Shown: positions 9,594 through 18,056 of the stretch, in pieces
Numbering within the stretch: the stretch's first letter is position 1
Layout: each line of letters starts with the position of its first letter
NCBI GenBank assembly: GCA_050261495.1
Contig: JBLNDI010000146.1
Location: 1,357-65,356, forward strand
Length of the DNA stretch: 64,000 nt
Direction of reading: 5' to 3'
DNA from: Bacillota bacterium
Lineage (GTDB): Bacteria; Bacillota; Clostridia; Acetivibrionales; DTU013
Notes under the pieces: generated by a model
Seen by the model: the letters and a program-made list of their open reading frames with translations, nothing else
What the model was told of the DNA's origin: nothing
Database searches by the model: none
Translations under genes and position numbers: made by a program

Positions 9594-10370
9594 ATGGAAA
9601 AAAAGGGTTTGCAGTTATTCGACCTGACGGGTAAAAATGCTATTGTGACCGGAGCATCGAAAACAACCGGTTTGTGCTATGGTATGGCAAAGGCGCTTAA
9701 TGATGCCGGTGCTACAGTAGTACTGATGGATGTTTCGGAAGAGGTATTTAATCTCGCGAAGAACCTGGGCGGCGAAGAAATGGGGTTTTATGCCGTGCAG
9801 GCCGATTTGACCGACGAAGCGACAATAGAGGCTAAATTCAACGAAGCTGTTGGGTTATTAGGCGGCAGGCTTGACATACTTGTCAACGGCGCCGGTATTC
9901 AGTACCGTTGCGATGCCATAGACTTTCCCTTCGATAAATGGATGAAAGTTATTGACATAAACCTAAATTCCGTGTTCAGGGTGAGCCAGTTGGCTGGCAA
10001 GATAATGCTGGCCCAAGGGTATGGAAGGATTATCAATATCGCATCCATGACTTCCTTTTTCGGCAGCAAGCGAATTCCGGCATATGCAGCCAGCAAGGGC
10101 GGAATTATGCAGCTTACAAAAGCGCTTTCCAACGAATGGTGCGGGAAAGGCGTGAATGTCAATGCTATTGCACCCGGCTACATGCTTACCGAATTCTGGA
10201 TAGGAAAAACGGATACTGAGCAGGGAAGGGCAAATTCAGCGAGAATACCTGCCGGAAGGTGGGGCGTTGCGGAGGATCTTGCAGGTGTAACGATTTTCTT
10301 GGCGTCCGATGCGTCCAGCTATGTCAGCGGCGCAATTATACCCGTTGACGGCGGATATTTAGGTGCATAA
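9594..10370 (+). CDS. SDR-family oxidoreductase (KduD-like)
   Basis: TGASKTTG motif, NGAG, YAASKGG. ATG at 9594 is preceded by AAAGGAG. The ORF track starts at a GTG at 9573. Confidence 0.85.
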   Translation: MEKKGLQLFDLTGKNAIVTGASKTTGLCYGMAKALNDAGATVVLMDVSEEVFNLAKNLGGEEMGFYAVQADLTDEATIEAKFNEAVGLLGGRLDILVNGAGIQYRCDAIDFPFDKWMKVIDINLNSVFRVSQLAGKIMLAQGYGRIINIASMTSFFGSKRIPAYAASKGGIMQLTKALSNEWCGKGVNVNAIAPGYMLTEFWIGKTDTEQGRANSARIPAGRWGVAEDLAGVTIFLASDASSYVSGAIIPVDGGYLGA

Positions 10371-10397
10371 CAAAATGTTGCGTTTGGTGGTGATTAA

Positions 10398-11264
10398 ATG
10401 AATAAACAGGAACTAATAAAAAAAATGAGACGTTTTAGTGCCGATATCCGTATAGAAACTGTCAAGGAAATCGGTGAGGCCGGGTTTGGCCATATCGGCG
10501 GTTCGGCTTCAATTGCCGACGTGTTGGCTGTATTGTACGGAGGAGTTATGCGGATTGATCCGAGCAACCCGAACTGGGAAGACCGGGACTGGTTTGTGCT
10601 TTCAAAGGGTCACAGCGCGCCGGCGCTCTATGCTGCTCTGGCTCTTAAGGGGTATTTTCCCATTGAAGAGCTTAAGACCCTTAATAAGAACGGTACAAAT
10701 CTTCCCAGCCATGCTGATCGCTTAAAGGTGAGGGGAGTAGATATGTCTACCGGTTCTTTGGGTCAGGGTATATCGGCAGCAGTAGGCATAGCGCTTGCCA
10801 ATCGCATGCAAGGCAGGGACAGCTACACTTACTGTATCGTAGGTGATGGAGAACTCAACGAGGGTCAGGTATGGGAAGCCTGTTCACTAGCCAGTCATCA
10901 AAAACTGGACCATTTCTTCTGTTTTGTGGACTGGAATAAAAAGCAGATTGACGGCAGAGTGGAACAGGTAAATGATCCTATTGACATAGAATCCAAGTTC
11001 CATGCCTTTGGATTTGATGCGGTCACCGTGAAGGGCTATGACGTCGAAGAGATTTATGACGCAATTCAAAGGGGAAAGACTGTAAAAGGAAAGCCGCACT
11101 GTATTGTACTGGATACTATTAAAGGACTGGGAATATTCTTTGCCGAAGAGCAGGAATTCAACCATTACTTAAACTACGGTCCCGAGCAGGCGCAAAAGGC
11201 AGTGGAGGAGATTGAAAGGCGCTATTCGGCAGGGACGTATCCTGGAGGTGATTTTAAGTGGTAA
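10398..11264 (+). CDS. Transketolase, N-terminal (TPP-binding) subunit of a split enzyme
   Basis: GHIGGSASIADVL, SKGHSAPALYA and GDGELNEGQVWEA are the TPP-binding motifs of split transketolases. Confidence 0.9.
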   Translation: MNKQELIKKMRRFSADIRIETVKEIGEAGFGHIGGSASIADVLAVLYGGVMRIDPSNPNWEDRDWFVLSKGHSAPALYAALALKGYFPIEELKTLNKNGTNLPSHADRLKVRGVDMSTGSLGQGISAAVGIALANRMQGRDSYTYCIVGDGELNEGQVWEACSLASHQKLDHFFCFVDWNKKQIDGRVEQVNDPIDIESKFHAFGFDAVTVKGYDVEEIYDAIQRGKTVKGKPHCIVLDTIKGLGIFFAEEQEFNHYLNYGPEQAQKAVEEIERRYSAGTYPGGDFKW

Positions 11265-12220
11265 AACTGGCAGAAAAGAACGACATGGACACCAAAGAAA
11301 TGAGGCAGGCATATTGTGAGGAACTAATCGAGTTGGCCAAGACGAACGACAAGGTCGTGGTCATCAATTGCGATCTTTGCAGTTCCATGGGGCTGAAACC
11401 GTTTGAAAAGCAGTTTCCTCACCGGGCGATTAACGTTGGAGTCCAGGAAGCGAACGGCTGCAGTGTTGCAGGCGGCATGTCCGTAGCCGGGATGATACCG
11501 TTTTTTAATACGTTTGCAATATTCGCCACCCGCAGGGTTTATGACCAAATTTTTATGTGTTGTGCTTATCCGGACCTTAACGTCAAGATTGTAGGGGGAG
11601 ACGCGGGTGTAAGCGCTACTTATAATGGCGGAACTCATATGGCTTTTGAGGATGTCGGAATCATGCGCGTTATGCCCAACGTAACAATCATGGAGCCTTC
11701 CGACGCCGTAATGCTGAGAAGCTTGGTGTGGAAAATGGCAGATACTTATGGTGTGCAGTATATGCGTACACCGCGCAAGAATATGCCAAGAATATACGAA
11801 CCGGGTTCTGAATTTGAAATCGGCAAGGCAGTTGTTCTGCGGGAGGGTACTGACGTAACTCTTATTGCCTACGGAATGACAGTCATTGAATCTCTTAAAG
11901 CCGCCGATATACTGGCTGCGGAGGGTATAAGCGCTCGCGTGGTGGATATGTTCACAATAAAACCTATCGATAAGGAATGCGTGATTGAAAGCGCCCGTAA
12001 AACGGGCTGTATCGTTACCGCTGAAAATCACCAAATCATAGGCGGATTGGGGAGCGCCGTAGCCGAAACGCTGGCGGAGAATTACCCGGTTCCCATGGAA
12101 CGCGTGGGAGTGCAAGGCATCTTTGGCGAAGTGGGCACGCAAGACTATTTAATGGAACGGTTTGAATTGACTGCACCCCATATAGTGAAAAAAGCAAAAA
12201 TAGCAATTGCAAGAAAATAA
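11258..12220 (+). CDS. Transketolase, C-terminal (pyrimidine-binding) subunit
   Basis: INVGVQEANGCSVAGGMS, FATFAIFATRR and GGTHMAFEDV. The GTG start overlaps the upstream stop, indicating translational coupling. Confidence 0.9.
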   Translation: MVKLAEKNDMDTKEMRQAYCEELIELAKTNDKVVVINCDLCSSMGLKPFEKQFPHRAINVGVQEANGCSVAGGMSVAGMIPFFNTFAIFATRRVYDQIFMCCAYPDLNVKIVGGDAGVSATYNGGTHMAFEDVGIMRVMPNVTIMEPSDAVMLRSLVWKMADTYGVQYMRTPRKNMPRIYEPGSEFEIGKAVVLREGTDVTLIAYGMTVIESLKAADILAAEGISARVVDMFTIKPIDKECVIESARKTGCIVTAENHQIIGGLGSAVAETLAENYPVPMERVGVQGIFGEVGTQDYLMERFELTAPHIVKKAKIAIARK

Positions 12221-12263
12221 AATGCCATATTTTGGTGACAGGAAAAAATAAGGAGATGAGAGT

Positions 12264-13778
12264 ATGGTAGAACGTAAAAAGTATTGCGCAAACGGAATAT
12301 GGAAGGAATCAAAGACAGATAAATGGATGCCTGTGACAGATTCCAGCACGGGAGAAGTTATTGCGGAAGTACCCTGCTGCACCGCCGACGAGGTGGAGGA
12401 AGCCATAGCGGCTGCTGATGCGGCGTTCCCGGAATGGAGTCAGACGTCTCTCAGCAAGCGTACGCAAATGATGTTCCATTGGCGTAATGTATTGGTTAAG
12501 CATCTTGATGAATTGACACTGCTTTGCTCCAAAGAGCTGGGCAAAACCTTGGATGAAGCCAGGGGTGATGTCATCAAGGCTATAGAACCTACGGAATTAG
12601 CGTGCAGCCTGCCTTATATCATACAGGGCAGCGCTTCCTTGCAGGTAACGACCGGATACGACACGGCATCGTACCGGGTACCGCTTGGTGTTGTGGCAGG
12701 TATCGCGCCTTTCAACTTCCCGGCTATGATTCCATGGGGGTGGATGGTACCGCTGGCAATAGCAACTGGCAACACAGTAGTTCTAAAGGCTTCAAGCTTT
12801 ACACCGCTGACATCGATGAGAATCATGGAATTGTTCTATACCGAAGGCGGTTTTCCCGCGGGAATCGTGAATCTTGTGACCTGCTCCAGGAAGGAGTCCG
12901 AAATGTTTCTCACGGATCCCCGCATCAAGGCAGTCACATTTGTAGGCTCCACCGATGTGGGCAAGCATATTTACTCGATAGCTGCGGCGCATGGTAAGAG
13001 GGTACAGGCACAGTGCGAGGCTAAAAACCATGCGTTGGTACTCGAGGACTGCGACCTTGAAAGTACGGTGAACGCAGTAATCAACTCAACTTATGGCTGC
13101 GCCGGCATGCGCTGCATGGCTTTGCCTGTTATTGTCGTTCAGGAAAGCATCGCGGATAAATTTGTGTATCTTTTGAAAGAAAAGGCCATGCAAATAAAGA
13201 TAGGTTGTGCTTATGACCCCGAAACCAAGCTTGGGCCCGTAGTTAACGAAGGCCATAAGAAATTTGTTTGCGATTGGATACAAAAGGGCGTCGAAGAGGG
13301 CGCGGAATTGATACTGGATGGACGCAACTGCGTCGTACCGGGGTTTGAGAAAGGTTACTTTATAGGCCCAACAATTTTCGATCATGTCAAGCCGGGTATG
13401 TCCATAGGCGATAAGGAAATCTTCGGCCCTGTAACTGTTATAAAACGTGTAAAGGATTTTGATGAAGGCATAAAAATTATGAATGCCAACCAATTCGCCA
13501 ACGGTTCGGTAATATTCACACAGAATGGCTATTATGCCAGGCAGTTTGAATTGCTTACCGACGGCGGCATGGTCGGCATCAACGTCGGCATTCCCGTTCC
13601 AACGGCTTACTTCCCGTTCTCGGGCAACAAGGACAGCTTCTTTGGCGACCAGCATGTTTTAGGGTTGGACGGTGTTCGCTTCTATACACGGGCAAAGACT
13701 GTTACCAAGCACTGGTTTGATGAACACTCCAGGAAGCGTGCCGTAGATACCTGGGAAGGTACGGTAGAACGCATCTGA
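12264..13778 (+). CDS. CoA-acylating methylmalonate/malonate-semialdehyde dehydrogenase-type aldehyde dehydrogenase (MmsA/IolA family)
   Basis: ALDH fold with catalytic Cys in GCAGMRCMA. The family-specific C-terminus FPFSGNKDSFFGD...GVRFYT is typical of MMSDH. AAGGAG RBS. Confidence 0.85.
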   Translation: MVERKKYCANGIWKESKTDKWMPVTDSSTGEVIAEVPCCTADEVEEAIAAADAAFPEWSQTSLSKRTQMMFHWRNVLVKHLDELTLLCSKELGKTLDEARGDVIKAIEPTELACSLPYIIQGSASLQVTTGYDTASYRVPLGVVAGIAPFNFPAMIPWGWMVPLAIATGNTVVLKASSFTPLTSMRIMELFYTEGGFPAGIVNLVTCSRKESEMFLTDPRIKAVTFVGSTDVGKHIYSIAAAHGKRVQAQCEAKNHALVLEDCDLESTVNAVINSTYGCAGMRCMALPVIVVQESIADKFVYLLKEKAMQIKIGCAYDPETKLGPVVNEGHKKFVCDWIQKGVEEGAELILDGRNCVVPGFEKGYFIGPTIFDHVKPGMSIGDKEIFGPVTVIKRVKDFDEGIKIMNANQFANGSVIFTQNGYYARQFELLTDGGMVGINVGIPVPTAYFPFSGNKDSFFGDQHVLGLDGVRFYTRAKTVTKHWFDEHSRKRAVDTWEGTVERI

Positions 13779-14023
13779 TTACAGAAGAACATTGTTAATT
13801 TGCTGAATTTGGAGGGTATCCTCCGGACTGTGTAAAAGGTGCAATGCAGCAATAATATATGTTGAACAATAATGCTTTTATACAGTCGGACATACCGTTT
13901 TAATCTTGTTGAACTTGCACAGCATCCGATGGAAACCCTCCATTTTAATTTTAATGTTTATTATTGCTTGCACCTCTCTTGGGATATTAATGCAAGGCAA
14001 TCTAAAAGTTAAAAAGATGGGCG

Positions 14024-14053
14024 TTTACAAAAGGCAATTTTATATGTTATAAT
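14024..14053 (+). promoter_or_regulatory. Sigma-A promoter dedicated to rplS
   Basis: TTTACA (14024-14029), an 18-nt spacer, then TGtTATAAT (TATAAT at 14048-14053). It leaves a leader of about 90 nt before the rplS ATG. Confidence 0.55.
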
Positions 14054-14143
14054 ATCTCGCGTGTGTATTACGGGCGGTCCGCTGATGCAATTGATATTAT
14101 TCAAGCATTTATGAACGTCTTGGCAAGAGAGGAGGAAGTGCGA

Positions 14144-14506
14144 ATGGATATTATCAGGTCGTTGGAACAAGAGCAGTTAAGAACGGATCTTCCGGTTCTC
14201 AGTATAGGCGACTATGTTAAAGTCCACCTGAAAGTCAAGGAAGGCAACAGGGAAAGGATCCAGGTATTCGAAGGAACTGTTATTGCCAAGAAGGGCTCCG
14301 GCCTGAAAGAGACTTTTACCGTAAGGCGGGTATCCTACGGCGTAGGAGTGGAAAGGATTCTTCCGGTTCACTCTCCGAAGATAAGCAAGATAGAAGTGGT
14401 AAGAAAAGGTAAAGTCAGGAGAGCCAAGCTGTATTTCCTGCGCCAGAGAGTTGGCAAGGCTTCCAGGATAAAAGAAAAGCTGGTTGGGAAAAATTCACAA
14501 GTATAA
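14144..14506 (+). CDS. rplS: 50S ribosomal protein L19
   Basis: [51 protein letters not shown]... is canonical L19. ATG at 14144 follows GAGAGGAGG. The ORF track over-extends to 14063. Confidence 0.95.
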   Translation: MDIIRSLEQEQLRTDLPVLSIGDYVKVHLKVKEGNRERIQVFEGTVIAKKGSGLKETFTVRRVSYGVGVERILPVHSPKISKIEVVRKGKVRRAKLYFLRQRVGKASRIKEKLVGKNSQV

Positions 14507-14507
14507 A

Positions 14508-14531
14508 GGGGACTGCAAGTCCCTTTTGTAT
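14508..14531 (+). terminator. Rho-independent terminator after rplS
   Basis: GGGACT-gca-AGTCCC hairpin followed by TTTTGTATTTT. Confidence 0.7.
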
Positions 14532-14559
14532 TTTATGCATTTGTTTGAGGGTAGTGATT

Positions 14560-15438
14560 ATGAATATTCAATGGTTCCCTGGACATATGGCGAAAACCAG
14601 GCGTATTTTATCGGAAAACCTGAAGCTTGTGGATGTTGTGGTTGAACTGCTGGACGCAAGAATACCGGCCAGCAGCAAGAATCCCGAAATAGACGGCATT
14701 ATAAGGAATAAACCCCGGGTGCTCGTACTAAACAAATCAGACCTGGCGGACGACACCATAACGAAAGAATGGCAAAACTGGTATGGAACCAAGGGAACCG
14801 TTGCGGTTCCAGTTAACTCGATCGCCGGCAAAGGATTGAAAAACCTGGTAGATAGTATAAAATATTCAGTGGCGGACAAGTTTGAAAGAGACAGGCAAAA
14901 AGGCAGGATCTTCAGACCTGTGCGTATTATGGTTGTAGGCATACCGAACGTGGGAAAATCCACGCTGGTGAATAAAATCGCCGGGAAGGCTGTTGCCATA
15001 ACGGGGGACAGGCCCGGAGTAACGCGGGGAAAGCAATGGATCCGCCTGAATCCGGGCATTGAAATGCTTGATACGCCGGGTATACTGAGCCCGAAGCTCA
15101 ATAATGCGGAAACAGCCCTGAACCTGGCTTTTACCGGGGCTATCAGGGACGAGGTTATTGACGTGGAAAACGTGGCGGCTTCGCTGGCGGAAAGACTTTC
15201 GTCATCCTACCGGGAAATGTTTAAAAACCGCTATAAGCTGCAGTGTACCGATGGGTTGGACGGCCTGAAACTGCTTGAACTCGCCGGGAAAAACAGGGGA
15301 TGCATATTGCCGGGCGGAAATATTGATATCAGAAGAATCGCTGTCATCCTCCTCGATGAGTTCCGTGGAGGGAAAATCGGCAGGATATCCCTGGAGAAAC
15401 CTGCCTGGAACGAAGAAAAAAAGATAGATGAGGAATAG
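14560..15438 (+). CDS. rbgA: Ribosome biogenesis GTPase A (YlqF/RbgA)
   Basis: MNIQWFPGHMAK start motif, circularly permuted GTPase motifs (LNKSDL ... GIPNVGKST ... DTPG). Confidence 0.93.
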   Translation: MNIQWFPGHMAKTRRILSENLKLVDVVVELLDARIPASSKNPEIDGIIRNKPRVLVLNKSDLADDTITKEWQNWYGTKGTVAVPVNSIAGKGLKNLVDSIKYSVADKFERDRQKGRIFRPVRIMVVGIPNVGKSTLVNKIAGKAVAITGDRPGVTRGKQWIRLNPGIEMLDTPGILSPKLNNAETALNLAFTGAIRDEVIDVENVAASLAERLSSSYREMFKNRYKLQCTDGLDGLKLLELAGKNRGCILPGGNIDIRRIAVILLDEFRGGKIGRISLEKPAWNEEKKIDEE

Positions 15439-15446
15439 GGGACATT

Positions 15447-16103
15447 ATGGAACGTAATATGAAACCCCGGGAAAAGATATCTGCCCGTGAAAAAAAGCGC
15501 CTGGAAGAGATGAGCAAGTACGAGAAAGAAGCCTACCTGAAAGGATTCCGTTATGTTGCCGGAATTGACGAGGCAGGGAGGGGGCCGTTGGCAGGGCCGG
15601 TAGTTGCCGCATGCGTTATGCTTCCCGAGGGATGCCTTATTGAAGGTCTGAATGATTCAAAAAAGCTGAGCCCGTCAAAAAGGAAGAGCCTGTACGATAT
15701 TATCATGGAAAGGGCCGTTTCAGTCGGTATAGGCATCGTGGACGAGAAGTACATAGATAACATGAATATATTGAATGCTACAAAACTAGCCATGAAAAAA
15801 GCAATTGACCAGGTCGATCCGAAACCTGACCTGCTTTTAATCGATGCGGTCAAGCTGCCGGATATGGATATTTTACAAGTACCGATTATTAAGGGGGACT
15901 CATTGAGCATTTCTATCGCTGCTGCTTCAATTATTGCAAAAGTGACAAGGGACCGGTTGATTGAAGAAGCCGACAGCCTTTACCCGGTATATGGATTCAA
16001 GAAGCACAAGGGATACGGTACGGCAGAGCATATAAATGCTATAAGAAAATATGGAATTTGTCCGATACATAGAATAAGCTTTACAAAAAATTTCATGGAG
16101 TAA
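15447..16103 (+). CDS. rnhB: Ribonuclease HII
   Basis: AGIDEAGRGPLAGPVVAA, DSKKLS and KGDS..SIAAASIIAK are RNase HII motifs. An alternative start lies at 15459. Confidence 0.93.
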   Translation: MERNMKPREKISAREKKRLEEMSKYEKEAYLKGFRYVAGIDEAGRGPLAGPVVAACVMLPEGCLIEGLNDSKKLSPSKRKSLYDIIMERAVSVGIGIVDEKYIDNMNILNATKLAMKKAIDQVDPKPDLLLIDAVKLPDMDILQVPIIKGDSLSISIAAASIIAKVTRDRLIEEADSLYPVYGFKKHKGYGTAEHINAIRKYGICPIHRISFTKNFME

Positions 16104-16134
16104 AGCCGGCGCATTTGTCTTAAAGGAGCCTTAA

Positions 16135-18015
16135 ATGAAAATCGAAGCCCATTTAAACGCTTCAGGGCAGCAAATTATAAATACGGGCGGCCTTGTCCAA
16201 AAGCTGGGTACCGGTGACGTAATAAGAGCAATGGTTCTTGAAATCACACCGGATGAAGCCTTGTTGAGGCTTTCCAACGGCGCCGTCCTTAAAGCCAAAA
16301 CAATGGAAACGGTAAGCCTGAAGGCGGGTCAATTTGTCGAGCTGGTTGTGGTTTCAAAAGAAGGAAGCACAATCCTGCTTGAAACCGCGCATGCCCGTCA
16401 TATTGCGCAAAACCTCGACTCCGGAACAATATCAGATATACTTGCCTCTCTTGATATCAAGCCCAATAATTTAAACATACAGCTTGCGGCGGAATTCATA
16501 AAAAACGGGATTCCTGTTACACGTGACAGGATGGATGAAGCTCAACGGCTTTTGAAGCATTTCACCGGCCTGGATGCTGAAAAAGCTGCATTTTTGTTAT
16601 CTGTTGATCATAAAGGAATAGAATTGGCAAAGCAGGTTGTATCAAGGCTTCTTGCAGGGGGAAACGGCTCTGAATTGCTTGCAAAGCTGCTTGACGGCGA
16701 ACTCAGGCTGGGGCAGTTGCTTGGTGAAATGCAGGAAATGATAAGCAGCATAAGCGGCAATGAAGAAAACAACGGCAGCGGGGCGGAGGAAAACGGAGTA
16801 ATTGCGCCTGTGCCCGGCGGCGAAGGCAAGGAACAGGCGGAGACCCACGGTAAAACAGCAGCAGAGACCAAAGGCAAAACAACAGCGGAGACTTCCATTG
16901 GCAAAACAGGAGCGGAGATTTCCACCGGCAAAACAGCAGCGGAGAATTCTACTGCTAAAACAGGAGCAGCCGCTGCCAGGGAAACAGCAAAAAGCAGTCA
17001 AAGTAAAACCGGCGCATCGATTCCCTTGAAAACAGGTAATGGCACGGAAACGCCGGGCGGCAGGGAAGCGCCTGGCGGTCCGGGGGGAGCAGCATCCGGC
17101 GCCGCCGTGGAAATTCCCGGCAAATCAGCGGAAAAAGCTCCCGGTACGGAAGGGTTCGTTGAGGGGTCCGGCATTAAAACTGCGGATATGTATGACAGGG
17201 CAGCAGCCGGCAACACTGGCGGCGCACGTGCAGACAGTATATTTAGCGCACCTTCCGGAACCACCACCGGCGTAAATGAGAGACCGGAGAACCTTGCCGA
17301 ATTCATCGAGCATTTCTTTTTAAAGATAGAAAAAGATAACCTAGAGGCAAGTCCTTCCTCTATATCCAAAACACTGGGCCCGGAGACAGAAACCCGCAAC
17401 GGTGACGCTTTGAAAACCTTTGCGGCAGGGGAAACTTTTGCGGCAGGGGAGGGTACTTCAGGCGCTGACAATGATTTGGCCGAGGCGATCGACGCCATGA
17501 AGCCTTTATTCCGCCGGGACGGGCAATATGCACCGGCGGGCGCCGAAACCGTATCCGGGACTATTGCTTTAATCAGCGGTACGATAAAGCTTATTAACGA
17601 AATTAATTGCATAGGTATTCCTTACCTCCAGCTGCCAGTAAATATCGACGGGTATAAGACAACGGCCGAGCTTTTTATAGTGAAACGGCACAAAGGCGGA
17701 AAGCGATTGGATCCAAACAACCTTGTCACGTATATTTCACTGGATACAAGAAACATGGGAAGAGTGGAAACTATCCTTGATGTGAAAGGAAAAAACATTG
17801 ATATAAGGCTGAGGACGGAAAAACAAAAAATCAGCGATTATTTAAAGGAAAATATCGAACAGCTTTATGCAGGTTTTTCCGAATGCGGCTACAGGCTGTC
17901 CGATGTCAGGTACGACGTTATTGACTCGGCTACGCCCCCGTCAAGGCTGAAAAAACTTGTGCTTGGAATGTCGCAAACCGGCTTGGGGCACGGCAGGGTA
18001 GATGTGCGGGTATAG
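16135..18015 (+). CDS. FliK-like (flagellar hook-length-control C-terminal-domain-like) protein with a long Ala/Gly/Pro/Thr-rich disordered centre
   Basis: The N-terminus resembles clostridial FliK-like hypothetical proteins. The C-terminal ~110 aa (LQLPVNIDGYKTTAELFIVK...IDIRLRTEKQKISDYLKENIEQLYAGFSECGYRL) fits the Flg_hook pattern. Its position upstream of a FlhB-C-like gene matches the ylqG-ylqH arrangement as I recall it from memory. Confidence 0.55.
   Translation: MKIEAHLNASGQQIINTGGLVQKLGTGDVIRAMVLEITPDEALLRLSNGAVLKAKTMETVSLKAGQFVELVVVSKEGSTILLETAHARHIAQNLDSGTISDILASLDIKPNNLNIQLAAEFIKNGIPVTRDRMDEAQRLLKHFTGLDAEKAAFLLSVDHKGIELAKQVVSRLLAGGNGSELLAKLLDGELRLGQLLGEMQEMISSISGNEENNGSGAEENGVIAPVPGGEGKEQAETHGKTAAETKGKTTAETSIGKTGAEISTGKTAAENSTAKTGAAAARETAKSSQSKTGASIPLKTGNGTETPGGREAPGGPGGAASGAAVEIPGKSAEKAPGTEGFVEGSGIKTADMYDRAAAGNTGGARADSIFSAPSGTTTGVNERPENLAEFIEHFFLKIEKDNLEASPSSISKTLGPETETRNGDALKTFAAGETFAAGEGTSGADNDLAEAIDAMKPLFRRDGQYAPAGAETVSGTIALISGTIKLINEINCIGIPYLQLPVNIDGYKTTAELFIVKRHKGGKRLDPNNLVTYISLDTRNMGRVETILDVKGKNIDIRLRTEKQKISDYLKENIEQLYAGFSECGYRLSDVRYDVIDSATPPSRLKKLVLGMSQTGLGHGRVDVRV
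16849..16980 (+). repeat. In-frame tandem repeat, about five units of 24-27 bp (GKT[AGT]AE-xxx)
   Basis: ggYaaaacaNNagcggagNNNNNNNNN is repeated, giving GKTAAETK / GKTTAETSI / GKTGAEIST / GKTAAENST / AKTGAAAAR. Confidence 0.85.
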
Positions 18016-18056
18016 GAAAAGCATTCTATTATATAAAATGCAGGGAGGTCATCCGG

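Noticed and set aside
11324-12142. A 272-aa ORF antisense to the transketolase C-terminal subunit.
   Set aside because: It lies entirely inside a strongly conserved gene on the other strand. It has no RBS and its composition is low-complexity and Cys/His-rich, so it is a typical shadow ORF.
666-13778. Naming the island a sulfoquinovose (sulfo-transketolase), apiose or inositol pathway.
   Set aside because: Each known pathway needs signature genes that are absent here: a GH31 sulfoquinovosidase and sulfonate exporter, kinases or RuBisCO-like enzymes, or IolC/IolJ/IolE/IolD. None of them explains the cyclase plus MBL hydrolase pair. I kept the island as an unassigned candidate pathway.
13811-13890. 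GGAGG-gtat-CCTCC and a long imperfect inverted repeat (TCCGGACTGTGTAAAAG ... CTTTTATACAGTCGGA) just after the island. I considered them as an island terminator or a boundary repeat.
   Set aside because: The loop is about 36 nt, the arms carry mismatches or an indel, and no U tract follows. No matching repeat occurs at the left border (577-665). The evidence is not convincing either way.
16608-17612. Several overlapping ORFs on both strands within the GC-rich low-complexity centre of the FliK-like gene.
   Set aside because: The repetitive Ala/Gly/Pro-coding DNA is open in many frames. Only the 16135-18015 frame connects the conserved N- and C-terminal domains.
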